DNA from: a virus
Taxonomy: Duplodnaviria; Caudoviricetes
Length of the DNA: 41,619 bases
Strand: one strand, 5' to 3'
Virus record (IMG/VR): IMGVR_UViG_3300024181_000010
Coordinates: 1 to 41,619 of that record
Shown here: positions 15,954 to 24,919 of the stretch, piece by piece
How positions within the stretch are numbered: the stretch's first letter is position 1
Layout of the letters: each line of letters opens with the position of its first letter
Translations under genes and position numbers: made by a program
Notes under the pieces: model-generated
The model's input: only the letters and a program-made list of their open reading frames with translations
The model's database searches: none
Told to the model about the DNA's origin: nothing

Positions 15954-17621
15954 CTACCGCCCGTAGGCGGCTTGGACGTTGCCGCCGTACTGATTGAGCA
16001 CCATCTTGCGCATGGGGTCGGCCATGGCGCGGGCAACGATCATGCCGTCCACCACCAGGTTGATGATCATCGCCCCGCCTCCGCCTCCGCCGCTGAGCAT
16101 CCTGGCCGAATCGGCGTTGGAGTAGATCTGTGAGCCGGGGGCCGCGTTGATGAGTTCCGGCCCGTTCTCCCCCACCAGGGTCAGCCCGCCGCGCGCGCCT
16201 CCGCTGGCTGCCGTGCCGACCGCCCCGCCGTATGCGTGGCCTGCCGCGCCGATGGCATGCAGGTCCCGGGTGATGGATCGGACGGTAGCGCCTACGCCGT
16301 TGAAGATGGTCCGGAGGTGGATGTTGATGTACTTGTCATTCGGCACCTCCTCCAGCTTCTTGATCAGATGATCTGACCAGGTGTCGAACTGCTTGGAGGC
16401 GCTTTTCAGCTTCGGCCCCAGGCCGGGGATCCAGCCGAACGCCATGGCCATCGACCTGATGGTCGTGCCCGCGAAATTCAGGATGGTGCCGATCAGCGCC
16501 ACGAACAGGCCGCGCACCACCGTGTACATGTCCATGAATGCGCCTACCAGGGCAGCGATAGCGATGATCAAGAACTTGATGGCATGCAACATGTCGTTGA
16601 AGAAAGTGTTGGCGTCGTCCGCATGCGCGCTGATCGTGTTGAACAGCGTGGCCATGGCGTCACCGATGCCCGGCAGGTTATCGGCCAGGGTGTTGATCAG
16701 CGGCGCGCCGGCCTCCATGCCGGTGATGACCGATGGCAGCATGTTCTGCAACATGCCGATGACGCCGTCACCCAGTTTGCCGGCCACCGGCCCGAGCGCC
16801 TTACCCAGTTGATCGACCAGCGGGGTGAGCTGCTGGATCAGGCCGATGACGCCGCCGCCGCCGCCGTTGCTGGGCGCCAGGAACTCCTCAAGCGGCCCTT
16901 TGAAGTTCTCGGAGAAGGACGCAAACAGGCCGTGGATCGGCTCATTCTTCTTCTCCTTGGGCGTCTTGGCGGTACTGAAGCCGAGCGCGTACTTGACTTC
17001 GTCGATGGCCTTGGAGATGCGGGGATCCTTCATCGCGCCCAGGATGCCGACGGCGATGGCGCCGCCAGATAGCGTGGTGAGCACGGCGGCGCCGATCGCC
17101 CCGCCCAGTGCGGGCGCGAGCACGGTAGCGCCGAGCGCCACTAGGCTGCCCTTGAGCAGGGTGGACAGGAAGTCCCCGGAGAACACGGAGGTGATTCCGG
17201 TGGAGAATCCACCTTCAAACCACCCGGACACCTTGTCCGTCACGCTGGTGCCGAGCGAGGCAAGCCGTTCGCTCAGCGTCTTCTGGTCCACATCCACATC
17301 CACGTGGACGGTTTCGTGATCACGTCCGCCGGTATTGCGGATGGTCTCCCGTAGCCGCTCGTTGACGTTGACGTTGACTCTCTCGGTGATCCGTTCGGAG
17401 ATGTGCTCACCGATGGTCTTGCCGATCAGGTCACCGGTACGCGCGTAGCCGCCGTTCCCGCCCGATGCCGCCTGGGCGTCGCGCTCCAGACGCTGAGTGA
17501 CGTGCTCGTTGATGTTGATGGCGACGGTTTCGCCCAGGTCCTTCGCCTCTGCGCGGATCTTGTCGAAAACGACTTTGGTGTCGTTGATCGCCTTGACGCG
17601 GATGATGATCTCGTTGGGAAT
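15954..17621 (-). CDS. Tape measure protein (555 aa) with a probable ATT start
   Basis: Frame is open 106 codons upstream of the track's GTG, to ATT-CCC-AAC-GAG-ATC after GGAGG; Ala/Gly-rich, hydrophobic segments, C-terminal LVGENGPEL. Confidence 0.8.
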   Translation of the reverse strand: MPNEIIIRVKAINDTKVVFDKIRAEAKDLGETVAININEHVTQRLERDAQAASGGNGGYARTGDLIGKTIGEHISERITERVNVNVNERLRETIRNTGGRDHETVHVDVDVDQKTLSERLASLGTSVTDKVSGWFEGGFSTGITSVFSGDFLSTLLKGSLVALGATVLAPALGGAIGAAVLTTLSGGAIAVGILGAMKDPRISKAIDEVKYALGFSTAKTPKEKKNEPIHGLFASFSENFKGPLEEFLAPSNGGGGGVIGLIQQLTPLVDQLGKALGPVAGKLGDGVIGMLQNMLPSVITGMEAGAPLINTLADNLPGIGDAMATLFNTISAHADDANTFFNDMLHAIKFLIIAIAALVGAFMDMYTVVRGLFVALIGTILNFAGTTIRSMAMAFGWIPGLGPKLKSASKQFDTWSDHLIKKLEEVPNDKYINIHLRTIFNGVGATVRSITRDLHAIGAAGHAYGGAVGTAASGGARGGLTLVGENGPELINAAPGSQIYSNADSARMLSGGGGGGAMIINLVVDGMIVARAMADPMRKMVLNQYGGNVQAAYGR

Positions 17622-17676
17622 GGCTCAGCCCTCCGAGACGTAAAATGCAACAGAACGGCAGGACAACTCACTGATC

Positions 17677-17895
17677 TCATTCGGCATCGCCGTCGTCCCT
17701 CCTTCCACGCCTCAGGATCTCCAGATACCGGATTGCGCCGGCGTCCATGGCCTCGATCTCTTCCGGCAGCTTGTGCCATCGGTCGGCCAAGCCGATGACG
17801 AACTCTGCCCGCGCCAGTTCCGGCGGCTTGGTCAGAGTGGTTCCATCGGAAAGCTCGGTGGGGCCGACGGCGGCCCAGAGGTCGAGCCTTTTCCC
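17677..17895 (-). CDS. Tail assembly chaperone, -1 frameshift extension (gpGT-like)
   Basis: GGGAAAA slippery site at 17895-17889; the -1 frame continues RLDLWAAVG...LADRWHKLPEEIEAMDA. Confidence 0.75.
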   Translation of the reverse strand, partial: GKRLDLWAAVGPTELSDGTTLTKPPELARAEFVIGLADRWHKLPEEIEAMDAGAIRYLEILRRGRRDDGDAE

Positions 17896-18218
17896 GTGCT
17901 CGCCGTGACGGACAACATGGCGTCCACCCAGGCCAGCACGATCGGGTAGGCGTGATCGATCTCCAGGGAAAGGACGCCCTCGAGCGTGGTGGGGATCGGC
18001 TTGTCGTCGTCGTCCTCGAGGTTCCAGGAGATCAGTTTCTCGGAGAACAGGCTGAGCAGCCCGCGGGTCTGCGTGAGGCCGGAGCCTTTGCGCATGGCGC
18101 TGGTCTCGTCCTCGAGGTCCAGCAACACGCCCAGGGACACCGATCGTGCCTTCACCTCGAGGCCGGCGTAATCCGGATCGTCGAACTTGAGAACGAGGGT
18201 GCGACTGTTGAGCTTCAC
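17832..18218 (-). CDS. Tail assembly chaperone (gpG-like)
   Basis: Between tail tube and tape measure; LISWNLEDDDDKPIP motif; slippery site near its end. Confidence 0.8.
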   Translation of the reverse strand: MKLNSRTLVLKFDDPDYAGLEVKARSVSLGVLLDLEDETSAMRKGSGLTQTRGLLSLFSEKLISWNLEDDDDKPIPTTLEGVLSLEIDHAYPIVLAWVDAMLSVTASTGKGSTSGPPSAPPSFPMEPL

Positions 18219-18259
18219 CTAACTGCCTGCCTGCCGAAGAGGATGGACATAGTGGGACA

Positions 18260-18667
18260 TTACGCCCAGGTAGGCGTCTGGCCATCAGCCAGGACGCCGG
18301 GCGCCGTCCAGGTGAGTTCGCCGGACGCGGCGCGCGTGAGGTTGTAGTCGGTGTACAGCATCTCCATGGCCAGGGTGTTGCCGGAGACCGTGATCGTGGT
18401 CGTCCGGTTGACGGAAGTCGACGGCACGGTCTTGAACGTGTCGTGCGACATGTTGGCGGCGTCGTTGAACACGCCGTTCAGGTTCACGGTGCCGTCGGCC
18501 ATCAGAAGCAGCCGCTCATAGGCGCTCTTGTCCAGGCCGGTCACATCCTGGACGCCACGCGGCGTGGCAAACGTGAGGTTGGTGATGTCGTTCTTGATGG
18601 CGTTGGCCGATCCTGCCGAGTTGTCCACGCTCAGCGTGGTCCAGCCGAGGCCCGTTTCTTTCGCCAA
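18260..18667 (-). CDS. Major tail (tube) protein; probable TTG start at 18667
   Basis: AGGTG RBS then TTG GCG AAA; DVTGLDKSAYERL; directly upstream of the chaperone. Confidence 0.7.
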   Translation of the reverse strand: MAKETGLGWTTLSVDNSAGSANAIKNDITNLTFATPRGVQDVTGLDKSAYERLLLMADGTVNLNGVFNDAANMSHDTFKTVPSTSVNRTTTITVSGNTLAMEMLYTDYNLTRAASGELTWTAPGVLADGQTPTWA

Positions 18668-18676
18668 TGTACTCAC

Positions 18677-19126
18677 CTATCCCTTTTGTTGCTGATCGCG
18701 GAGGTTGTCCAGATGCTCGCCGAGATCGTCGCGCCAATCCTCGGCTCGGTGGAACAAGCGGCTGAACCCGGACGGATTGCCGCGATGATCCCCCCCACGG
18801 ACCAGCATCACGGGAGGCCGGCCCAGCGGAAGACGATGCCGGTCTGCGCGGGCGCACATCTGCCCGGGCGGGAACAGGAAGGTGAGCTCACTGGGCCCGG
18901 TCACGCTCTCGGTGAAGCGCAGGCCGGACACGTGCCGGATCCACGCCGCGGCGTTCCGCCCGTCCTGGCTGCCCAGGTCGAGCACGGACTTCCAGCCGCG
19001 CAGATACCGCGGGCAACCCACCTCGGCGCAGGTGGCGCGCCGCCAATGCGTGGCAAGCGGCTGCTTGATGACGTGCGACTTGTACATCTGCGGCGGCATG
19101 GCCGGCTCGATCCGGAACGGCTGCAT
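18677..19126 (-). CDS. Hypothetical tail-region protein with Cys/His motifs
   Basis: ATCAEVGC...GQMC...H; lies between the two tube paralogs. Confidence 0.65.
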   Translation of the reverse strand: MQPFRIEPAMPPQMYKSHVIKQPLATHWRRATCAEVGCPRYLRGWKSVLDLGSQDGRNAAAWIRHVSGLRFTESVTGPSELTFLFPPGQMCARADRHRLPLGRPPVMLVRGGDHRGNPSGFSRLFHRAEDWRDDLGEHLDNLRDQQQKG

Positions 19127-19127
19127 G

Positions 19128-19862
19128 TCAGAAAGCCACTGTCGTGTCATTGCGGACGGCCAGCACGGCGAACTGGGCGTTGGAGAACGTGCCGGAGGAG
19201 ACGGCACGCAGGTAGCGGCGCACGGTGCCGGTGACCGCTATCCGCTGGTCGCTGACCGCGCCGGCCAGGACGGCGGAGAACGCGGCGCCGGACAGGGTCG
19301 CCCAGGATGCATTGTCCGCGGAGTCCTCGATGGTGACCGTGACCGATGTCCCGGTCACCGAGAACACCTGCAGGTAGAACTGTGCCCCGAACGATGACGA
19401 CGCGGATCCGTCCAGGCTGCTGCCGTTGGTGGCCGCCGTGTCCGTGCGCGTCCAGGCGGTGAGCTGCTTACCCCATTCCAGACCGTAGCCGTTGGACTGC
19501 ACGGTGGTGGCGAACGACAGTGCGCCGTCCTGGCCGCGGGTGCCGTCATAGCCGATCTGCTTGGCCACGCATGCCGCGCCGGGGGATCCGATGGCCGCGC
19601 CGCGTCCGTACAGCGCGCCCGTGTCCGTGGTGGGCAGCGCCTTCAGAACGGGGTGCGCGCGCCCCGTGGCCTTGTTGAACCAGGATGCAAATTGCATGCC
19701 GCCGTTGCGCAGGCCGCCCAAGCGCTCATAGGCGCTTTCGGTGATGTCGGTGACGTCGAGGGTGGCCGGACCGCCGTTGATCGCCTGAAGACTGCCGATG
19801 TCTCCGCTGATGTCGTAGCCGCCGACGGCGAAATGATCACCAAGGCCTGTCTGCTTTGCCAT
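19128..19862 (-). CDS. Tail-tube-like protein with an extra C-terminal domain
   Basis: MAKQTGLG...DVTDITESAYERL parallels 18260-18667. Confidence 0.65.
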   Translation of the reverse strand: MAKQTGLGDHFAVGGYDISGDIGSLQAINGGPATLDVTDITESAYERLGGLRNGGMQFASWFNKATGRAHPVLKALPTTDTGALYGRGAAIGSPGAACVAKQIGYDGTRGQDGALSFATTVQSNGYGLEWGKQLTAWTRTDTAATNGSSLDGSASSSFGAQFYLQVFSVTGTSVTVTIEDSADNASWATLSGAAFSAVLAGAVSDQRIAVTGTVRRYLRAVSSGTFSNAQFAVLAVRNDTTVAF

Positions 19863-19863
19863 G

Positions 19864-20340
19864 TTATGCCACCTGTGTCCACGCGTCGGCGATGATCATA
19901 GGAACGGTGATCGTCATGATCCGGTACAGCCCGGAGCCCTGGCCGCCGATCTGTACGTACCCGGCCTCCGCACGCAGGCTCTCTCCGCCGATGCCCAGCA
20001 GGTCGATCGACTCCACCAGGCCGGCCAGGGTGAACTCACCGGTGTAGGACGCCATCAGCTGATCCGTGGCTGCCAGCATGTTCGGGTCGATCCGATCCGC
20101 CTCATCCGGCGTCGAACGCAGCATGTTGTCATAGATCCGCACCTGCATGACCAGATACGCGCTGGTGGCCGCCAAGCCGGACGACTGCGCGTGCGGGACC
20201 AGGCCTTGCGCCCAGATAGAGCAGGTCAGCCCGTTGGCCGGTGGGCTCTTCGGCTCATTCGTGTTGACCTTGTCGAACTTGCCCGTCAACTGGGCGTGCG
20301 ACACCAGCGCATCGACGATGGCCTGCATGTCGATGCTCAT
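19864..20340 (-). CDS. Tail terminator/completion protein
   Basis: Size and position between the neck gene and the tail tube. Confidence 0.6.
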   Translation of the reverse strand: MSIDMQAIVDALVSHAQLTGKFDKVNTNEPKSPPANGLTCSIWAQGLVPHAQSSGLAATSAYLVMQVRIYDNMLRSTPDEADRIDPNMLAATDQLMASYTGEFTLAGLVESIDLLGIGGESLRAEAGYVQIGGQGSGLYRIMTITVPMIIADAWTQVA

Positions 20341-20711
20341 GCGTTCAGCGCCTCACACATCTCCCGGATGACGGGCGCGGCGATCGACTCCGCCCGGTCC
20401 TGGACCATGCGCGTCGTCTTGCGCATGATGCTGTAGCCCTTGAACCGGGTGACCGGAAAATTCCGGGATCCCACTCCCTCGAGCCAGGGGCCGTAGATCA
20501 CGCCGGAGTCATGAATGACGTGCTGATATCCCATGTCCCGGTTCACGATGTGCCGCTCGTAGTAACCGGTCGGGCGCCTGAAGTACTGGTGCTGCAAGAT
20601 GTGCACGCGCCGCTCCGCCTCATTCGCGATGCGGTCCTGAGCCTTGTGCAGATACGCCTTCACCACGAACGGCTCACCGGGCGAGAAGAAGGTGCCGTGG
20701 ACCTCAGCCAT
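20337..20711 (-). CDS. Neck/tail-completion protein (HK97 gp10-like)
   Basis: PTGYY...VIYGPWLEG motif; position. Confidence 0.6.
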   Translation of the reverse strand: MAEVHGTFFSPGEPFVVKAYLHKAQDRIANEAERRVHILQHQYFRRPTGYYERHIVNRDMGYQHVIHDSGVIYGPWLEGVGSRNFPVTRFKGYSIMRKTTRMVQDRAESIAAPVIREMCEALNA

Positions 20712-20826
20712 TGGCCAGCACTCCCCACCAGAGGTAGCCGACGAAGATGGCCATGGCCAGGATCAGCGGGCTGATCGCGATCAGGAACAGGATCATCAGC
20801 GTCTTGACCACGCTGTCCCCGGTCAT
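20704..20826 (-). CDS. 40-aa membrane peptide (not in ORF track)
   Basis: MTGDSVVKTLMILFLIAISPLILAMAIFVGYLWWGVLANG; overlaps both neighbours. Confidence 0.6.
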   Translation of the reverse strand: MTGDSVVKTLMILFLIAISPLILAMAIFVGYLWWGVLANG

Positions 20827-21851
20827 GCCGCACCGTGCCGGATACGCCCGTGCATCGCGATCAGGTCCCGGACGATGGCGGCGAGGCCGCGGCCTACTGC
20901 CTCCATCTGGTTGTCCCCGGCGCCGACCACCCGGCCGTACGCGCTCTTGGACTGCTCCAAATCCACGAGCGCGTACGCGAGAGACGCTTCCTTGACCAGC
21001 GCCGGGGGGTCATTGGCCAGGATTACCGCAGCGCTGGAGTGGCTGGCCGCGGTCGATCCGGTTGCGCCACGCTCCACGGTCAGCGTGCGCGCGGCATGCA
21101 CGGCATCGGAAGTGGAGTGCGCGGCAAGCTGGCTGCCCAGTTCGGCGCGGCGCACGGTCAGCACGTCACCGTTGATGCTCTCGATGAACAGGCGCTCCGA
21201 GCCGATCCGGATCCGCTCCCCCTCGTGCAGCGATGCGCCGGCGTCCACGGTCACCGTGCGCTCCGCCGAGGAAGCGGTGACGTTGCCGGCCAGTGCGACC
21301 CCGGTGCTGGAGTAGGTCCGCTCGATCACGTTGATCCGCTCGCTGCCGATGGTGAGCAGGTCACCCACGCCGATCAGCGACGCATCGGACACGACGATCG
21401 TGGTGGCACTGCTGCTGATCGAGCCGGACAGGGAGCCGGCCGCCCTGGTGGTGTCCGATGCGCCCTGCTCGCCGACCAGCACCATGCCGCGATCGTTGGA
21501 GGAGAACGACGCGGACGACAGGTTGCTCAGCTTCAGTGACGTGTACGGCGGGCCGTCGTCCGGGCGCAGGAAGAAGTCGGTGCCCTCGACCAGCTCCACG
21601 CCGTCCACGGTGAAGCTGGCAATGGAGATCATCTCGGTGTAGTCGAGGTCCAGCCAGAGCACGGGACCGGTGACCCATCGGATCTCCGGGTACAGGGTCT
21701 TGGTGGTGGGGTAGAAACGTCGCGTCTGGGCTTCCACCTGCTGGGCGCCGGTACGGATGGCGGCATCTATGCGCGCGTTGGTGCGGAACGTGTCCGCCTG
21801 TGCCAGCGCGTTCTGCACCTGCTCACGGGTGCAGTAGGCGATGCCTGTCAT
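20823..21851 (-). CDS. Head-to-tail adaptor with inserted repeated beta domains
   Basis: AYCTREQV...TRRFYP start and PPALVKEASL end; two internal IGSER...TVxR units. Confidence 0.7.
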   Translation of the reverse strand: MTGIAYCTREQVQNALAQADTFRTNARIDAAIRTGAQQVEAQTRRFYPTTKTLYPEIRWVTGPVLWLDLDYTEMISIASFTVDGVELVEGTDFFLRPDDGPPYTSLKLSNLSSASFSSNDRGMVLVGEQGASDTTRAAGSLSGSISSSATTIVVSDASLIGVGDLLTIGSERINVIERTYSSTGVALAGNVTASSAERTVTVDAGASLHEGERIRIGSERLFIESINGDVLTVRRAELGSQLAAHSTSDAVHAARTLTVERGATGSTAASHSSAAVILANDPPALVKEASLAYALVDLEQSKSAYGRVVGAGDNQMEAVGRGLAAIVRDLIAMHGRIRHGAA

Positions 21852-21900
21852 CCTCGGCTGCTTTCTGCGAGGTCCTGCTTATGGTGATGTTGACCGGATC

Positions 21901-23031
21901 TTAGCTGATCAGCACCCGATTGCCGTACAGATCGAAGATCTCCCCGCCGAACTTGCAATGCGTGGTGCCCGGCGTGCGCCCCGGCTCCAGCGGATACGCG
22001 TGGTACGGGCACTGGGTGAGCGGCGTGGTCAGGAAGCGCTGCACGTCCGCGGCGTTCTGCCGGTAGATGGCCAGCAGACTGCCCCAGTTGTTGCCGGACG
22101 GGCTGGTGGTGGTCGTGGCCGGCTCAGGCGTGGTGGCGATGGCCGCGGCGATGGTCAGCGCGATGTCGGCGTTGTGCGTGACCGTGGCCGCGCTCGCGAT
22201 GGCCGCGGTCACGGTCACCGCGCCCTGTCCACCCGGGTTGACCGTGGCCGCGCTGGTGGCCGTGGCTGTCCCGGTGACCGTGGCCGCGGCATTGTGATCC
22301 ACGGACGCGGCAGAAGTCCGCGATGCCGTGACCGTTACCGCGGCATCACCGTCCACGTTGTTGGTCAGGCTGTAGTTGAAGCCCGGCGGATCGGACGCGC
22401 CGACCGCGGTGCCGGAGATCGACGCCTGGTTGCCGCCACCGCCCGTGTCGTCCGTGACGCTGGTGGCCGTGCTCGCCTGATTGAGCCGGATCATCCAGCC
22501 AGGAGAGGCGGCCAGCAGGTCCGCTGCGGCCAGCGTGCACGCGGCCTCGACGGCGAGATCAGCCAGCTCCGACTGCCACGCCGCGGCAACCGCGATCTCA
22601 CCGCGGAACGTGGTACTCGCCCCGCCGGTGAACTGACCACCGAGGATGATCTCGGTGGCGCCGGTACCCACGTTGCCGACGTTGCCGCCGCCGTTGGTGT
22701 GCGACCATGCGCCGGAAGTGGTCACATCCTGGATGTGCCATCGCGGCGTGGCCGATCCGGTGGCCTTGGTGACCACCACCCACAGCCAGTCATTGGCCGT
22801 GTACGCCGGACCGCCCGACCCGTCCGTCTCGATGAACGTGTGGCCGCTGGAGAACAGCATGCCCCATTTGACAAACGAGCCGTTGTCGGCGTCCAGGATC
22901 CACTGATCGGCGCCGGCGCTGGTGGACTTGACCAGCGCCGCCATGGTGATCGGGCCCTGGGTGGTGGGCCCCGCGCCGACCGAGAACGTGATCCGGTCGG
23001 CCGCCGTGCCGCCGTTGAACGAGCGGGACAC
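21901..23031 (-). CDS. Virion fibre/decoration protein with a LamG-like domain
   Basis: ITMAALVK...WLWVVVT...FRGEIA; Ala/Thr/Val repeats; C-terminal Cys motif. Confidence 0.55.
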   Translation of the reverse strand: MSRSFNGGTAADRITFSVGAGPTTQGPITMAALVKSTSAGADQWILDADNGSFVKWGMLFSSGHTFIETDGSGGPAYTANDWLWVVVTKATGSATPRWHIQDVTTSGAWSHTNGGGNVGNVGTGATEIILGGQFTGGASTTFRGEIAVAAAWQSELADLAVEAACTLAAADLLAASPGWMIRLNQASTATSVTDDTGGGGNQASISGTAVGASDPPGFNYSLTNNVDGDAAVTVTASRTSAASVDHNAAATVTGTATATSAATVNPGGQGAVTVTAAIASAATVTHNADIALTIAAAIATTPEPATTTTSPSGNNWGSLLAIYRQNAADVQRFLTTPLTQCPYHAYPLEPGRTPGTTHCKFGGEIFDLYGNRVLIS

Positions 23032-23035
23032 GGGG

Positions 23036-23428
23036 CTACGCCGCTATCGGAGTGAACGCGATCGAGTGCGACGTGATGTTGAACGTGTCGCCGTTGCTGA
23101 CAGCCTTACTGACGGTCAGCGCGCCTGAGTACAGGAAGTTGCCGGAGGTGGACGCGTCCCACACGCTGACATGGGTGATCGTCTCGGATCCCGCGGCCCA
23201 CGGCGTCCACGTCGGCAGCGTGGACGTGATGGCCTTGCTCCCGGCGCTGGCCGCGGACCAGGTCAGCAGCTTGCGCGTGGTCTCCGCGCTCGCGTTGCTG
23301 GTGGCCGCGCTGCCGGGGTCACCGGTGTGCAGCTTGATGTATGTGTTCGCGGGGGCGGAGAACGCGGTACCGGCCAGCATGTCCAAGTACTTGTTGGCCA
23401 GGTTGACGGCGTGCAGACCGGCAGTCAC
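23036..23428 (-). CDS. Virion structural protein (fibre-associated)
   Basis: YIKLHTGDPG...ITHVSVWDASTSGNFL...GDTF, typical of actinophage structural proteins. Confidence 0.6.
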   Translation of the reverse strand: MTAGLHAVNLANKYLDMLAGTAFSAPANTYIKLHTGDPGSAATSNASAETTRKLLTWSAASAGSKAITSTLPTWTPWAAGSETITHVSVWDASTSGNFLYSGALTVSKAVSNGDTFNITSHSIAFTPIAA

Positions 23429-23652
23429 CTGTCCGTGCCTCCTGCCCGCTTGCGGGGCGTCGCCTTCTTGGCCGGCTCCGCCTTGATCACCTCAGCGTCC
23501 GTGCTGACAGCCAGCTTGCTCACCAGCGTCTCGCCGTCGCGGGCGAAGCCCTCACGCTCGTACAGCTCCACCAGGCGGCGATCGTCGTCGGTGGCGGTGC
23601 CGTCGTCGATCCGTGCGGCGCGCTCCTGGTAGTCCTGCTGCGTCATCTTCAT
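23425..23652 (-). CDS. Small hypothetical head-region protein
   Basis: AAGGAG RBS; overlaps the next gene. Confidence 0.6.
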   Translation of the reverse strand: MKMTQQDYQERAARIDDGTATDDDRRLVELYEREGFARDGETLVSKLAVSTDAEVIKAEPAKKATPRKRAGGTDR

Positions 23653-23668
23653 GGTTCACTCCTTCGTG

Positions 23669-23713
23669 GTCCGGCAGGCCGGGACTCCCCCTCGGGTACC
23701 CGGCCTGCCGGAC
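23669..23713. terminator. Stem-loop after the head genes
   Basis: GTCCGGCAGGCCGGG/CCCGGCCTGCCGGAC 15-bp stem. Confidence 0.7.
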
Positions 23714-23717
23714 TTTG

Positions 23718-24167
23718 TCACGCAGCGACGAGAGTCGCGCCGCTGGTGAGCGGAACCCAGGTGACGCCGATGGTGACGGCGCCGTTGGCCGACGCGGGCA
23801 GCAGCTCCACCTGCCCGACGGTGATCACCCAGTTGACGTCATGCCGGCCACCGCGCAGGAAGCTGGATGCAGCCGTAGTGCCCTGGTCGAGACCGACGAT
23901 GCTGCCCGCGGCGGTGTCGGTCGTGCCCAAGTCGGTGGCGGTGACGATGGTCTGGGTGTCGCCGGTGGTGGGGTTCTGCTGAAGCGCCACCGTGCTGGCC
24001 GCGGTGATGGAGGTGGTGACCTTCAGCCACACCGACGTGATCATGACTTCGCCGCCGGCCACCGTGAATACGGGAATGGCTGCGCTGGCCAGGGTGCCGG
24101 ATGCCTTGGTGGCGACCAGGCCGAGCACACTCTTGCGGTAGGCGTCCGCTTCGTTGACAACAGTCAT
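23718..24167 (-). CDS. Putative capsid-associated protein
   Basis: Beta-rich 149 aa downstream of the capsid gene; TGATG coupling. Confidence 0.55.
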   Translation of the reverse strand: MTVVNEADAYRKSVLGLVATKASGTLASAAIPVFTVAGGEVMITSVWLKVTTSITAASTVALQQNPTTGDTQTIVTATDLGTTDTAAGSIVGLDQGTTAASSFLRGGRHDVNWVITVGQVELLPASANGAVTIGVTWVPLTSGATLVAA

Positions 24168-24715
24168 CAGGCGTTCGCCACCCCGGGACGCAGCAGGTTA
24201 CCAAGGCTGGCCGGCTTACGCCGGTACCGCAGGCCGGACGGCAAGATGAGGCAGGCGCCCAGCTTGGCTGCGCCGAGAGTGGCCGCGTGGTCCAGGCTGA
24301 CGTGGGTGTAGCCGTTGCCCAGTTGCGCGGCGTGCACCTCGACGGCGATGATCGTTTCCTTGTCGCCGTACGTGGCGCCGGTCAGCGAGATCGTGGCCGC
24401 CTCGGACTGCGTGACCTTGGTCCACGTCTCGTCGTTGTCGAGCACAGCCTCGCTCTTGATGTACCAGTAGGTGATACCGGTGGAGTCCGTGACCGTGGCC
24501 GACGCGAGGTTGTTGCTGGTACCGCTGGTGTAGGCGGTGTGCTGCTTCAGCGTGAGCGTGGCATCGGTGGTGGCGCCCGCGGCCAGGAAGACCAGGAACG
24601 TGACCTGCTCATGCATGGTCATGTTGATCCGCTTGCCGGTCGCGCCGTTCGCGGTGTCCAGGTCGACAGGCGACCAGCCCACGCCGACATCGAAAAGTCG
24701 TCCGAGTGCGTCCAT
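24167..24715 (-). CDS. Putative capsid decoration protein
   Basis: First gene after the capsid gene; strong GGAGAGG RBS. Confidence 0.55.
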   Translation of the reverse strand: MDALGRLFDVGVGWSPVDLDTANGATGKRINMTMHEQVTFLVFLAAGATTDATLTLKQHTAYTSGTSNNLASATVTDSTGITYWYIKSEAVLDNDETWTKVTQSEAATISLTGATYGDKETIIAVEVHAAQLGNGYTHVSLDHAATLGAAKLGACLILPSGLRYRRKPASLGNLLRPGVANA

Positions 24716-24804
24716 GTGTTTCCTCTCCCCTTCCGGGAGTTAGGTCCGGCGCCGGCCTGGATTGGCCACGTGCGGACCGAGGTTTTGCTGACGAACAGGT
24801 AACG

Positions 24805-24912
24805 CGACACCGGCAGGATTCGAACCTGCGCTTCGGGGTGGTGTGCCCCGCGTGCTAGCCACTGACGCTCACCCTCCGGGCGATTGCAGCGTCACGCTCA
24901 CACTCCGGTCTC
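24805..24912 (-). ncRNA. Aberrant tRNA-like element (nominal anticodon CAC) with a hairpin inserted in the D-loop
   Basis: Acceptor GAGACCG/CGGTGTC (one mismatch), D stem GTGT/GCAC, anticodon arm CGGGG-CACACCA-CCCCG, perfect T arm GCAGG-TTCGAAT-CCTGC. Confidence 0.7.
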
Positions 24913-24919
24913 GGCTTGA

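Noticed and set aside
24805-24912. Functional tRNA-Val(CAC) or attP site
   Set aside because: Lacks U8, U33 and purine 37 and has a D-loop insert; no integrase is present to use an attP.
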